Source of the DNA: Macrostomum lignano
Lineage: Eukaryota
Direction of reading: 5' to 3'
Length of the DNA stretch: 32,629 nucleotides
Assembly (NCBI GenBank): GCA_002269645.1
Contig: NIVC01000919.1
Coordinates: forward strand, 1 to 32,629
Positions within the stretch are counted from its first letter, which is position 1. Every line of letters begins with the position of its first letter. A program made the position numbers and the translations under genes. This document shows, piece after piece, positions 31,922 to 32,629 of the stretch. The notes under the pieces were generated by a model. The model ran no database searches. It saw nothing but the letters and a program-made list of their open reading frames with translations, and had not been told where the DNA came from.

Positions 31922-32269
31922 AATTTGTTATTTCATAATGCGCACTGTGCGAGGCGCTCCAATGCGGCCATAAATTGGCAACTGTAAGGATCAAGCCTTG
32001 TCGCATTCCAACCGTGCTCACAGTCCGGCTCCCTTCTCTCCGACTCCCTTTCTCTACCTTGCCGAGTCATTCGTGACTCGAGCAAAAGGAAAATCTAAGG
32101 CCCTAACTGAAAAAGCCCTCGAAAAGCCACACAAAGAGTCAAAGCGATTCGGGACGGGCAAAAAACGATGCAGTGTAGAATCTTTTTGCCCAGTGGCCGA
32201 TGGAACAAAAAGAGAGCAGAGGGCGAGCAGCTTAATGAGCGGCGGCTGGTCCGATGCGCGCAATGAATG

Positions 32270-32520
32270 ACAGGGTTTGGGAGGAGAAGCCAAGGACACC
32301 TGGGGCTAGAATTGGAGCAGGCCCTGGTTCGATTCCGTTCGCGGCCACATTTACGAGTATTTGAAAATTTTGCACAGAAATTGGCCGGCGGGTTGTCGTG
32401 TGATTCATGCCCAAGGCACAGAGACTACTCGTACATATCTGAAGATTAGAAAGTCAGCGACGACGATGTACACCTGTGTGAGCGTGTCTATGAGTGCGTG
32501 CCTGCGTACAGTATCCCTTA
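32270..32520 (+). mobile_element. Diverged tRNA-headed SINE related to family 1 (copy C)
   Basis: B box GGTTCGATTCC at 32326-32336. The segment CCCAAGGCACAG (32410-32421)...GTACA...AAAGTCAG...TGTACACCTGTGTG...GCCTGCGTA aligns with the central part of copies A and B. Boundaries are approximate. Confidence 0.55.
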
Positions 32521-32629
32521 ACACTGATCGTGGGATGATGCAACCCTGCTATTTATTCTACCTGTATTATAGGCGCTTTTCTGCATCGTCTTAAAAATCA
32601 CAAACAGGTGAAAAAGAAAGAATTGATGA

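Overview
Eukaryotic (animal) genomic DNA, not prokaryotic. There is no CRISPR array, operon or rRNA. The composition, GC-rich coding exons and very high minisatellite load resemble a free-living flatworm such as Macrostomum; this is an unverified inference. One convincing protein-coding gene is present on the + strand: a two-exon type I membrane receptor or adhesion protein (signal peptide, LRRNT, about 7 LRRs, LRRCT, an atypical Ig domain, Pro-rich stalk, TM, cytoplasmic tail). Its CDS is join(25149..25934,27610..28527), about 567 aa. The rest of the window is non-coding and repeat-rich. It holds tandem arrays with 33-, 16-, 21-, ~17-, 27- and 178-bp units (about 7 kb in total), two hAT-type MITEs with exact 8-bp TSDs, four tRNA-headed SINEs, a mariner-like end and a decayed non-LTR reverse transcriptase. 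The most striking feature is the first ~5.9 kb, a sharply bounded AT-rich, CpG-depleted domain. Two independent internal alignments (a SINE shared with the GC-normal part of the window, and a 178-bp triplication) show its divergence is dominated by CpG->TpG/CpA changes, plus some CpA/TpG->TpA. That points to localised cytosine-deamination hypermutation. Almost all long ORFs in the supplied track are artefacts of tandem repeats. All counts were made by eye.
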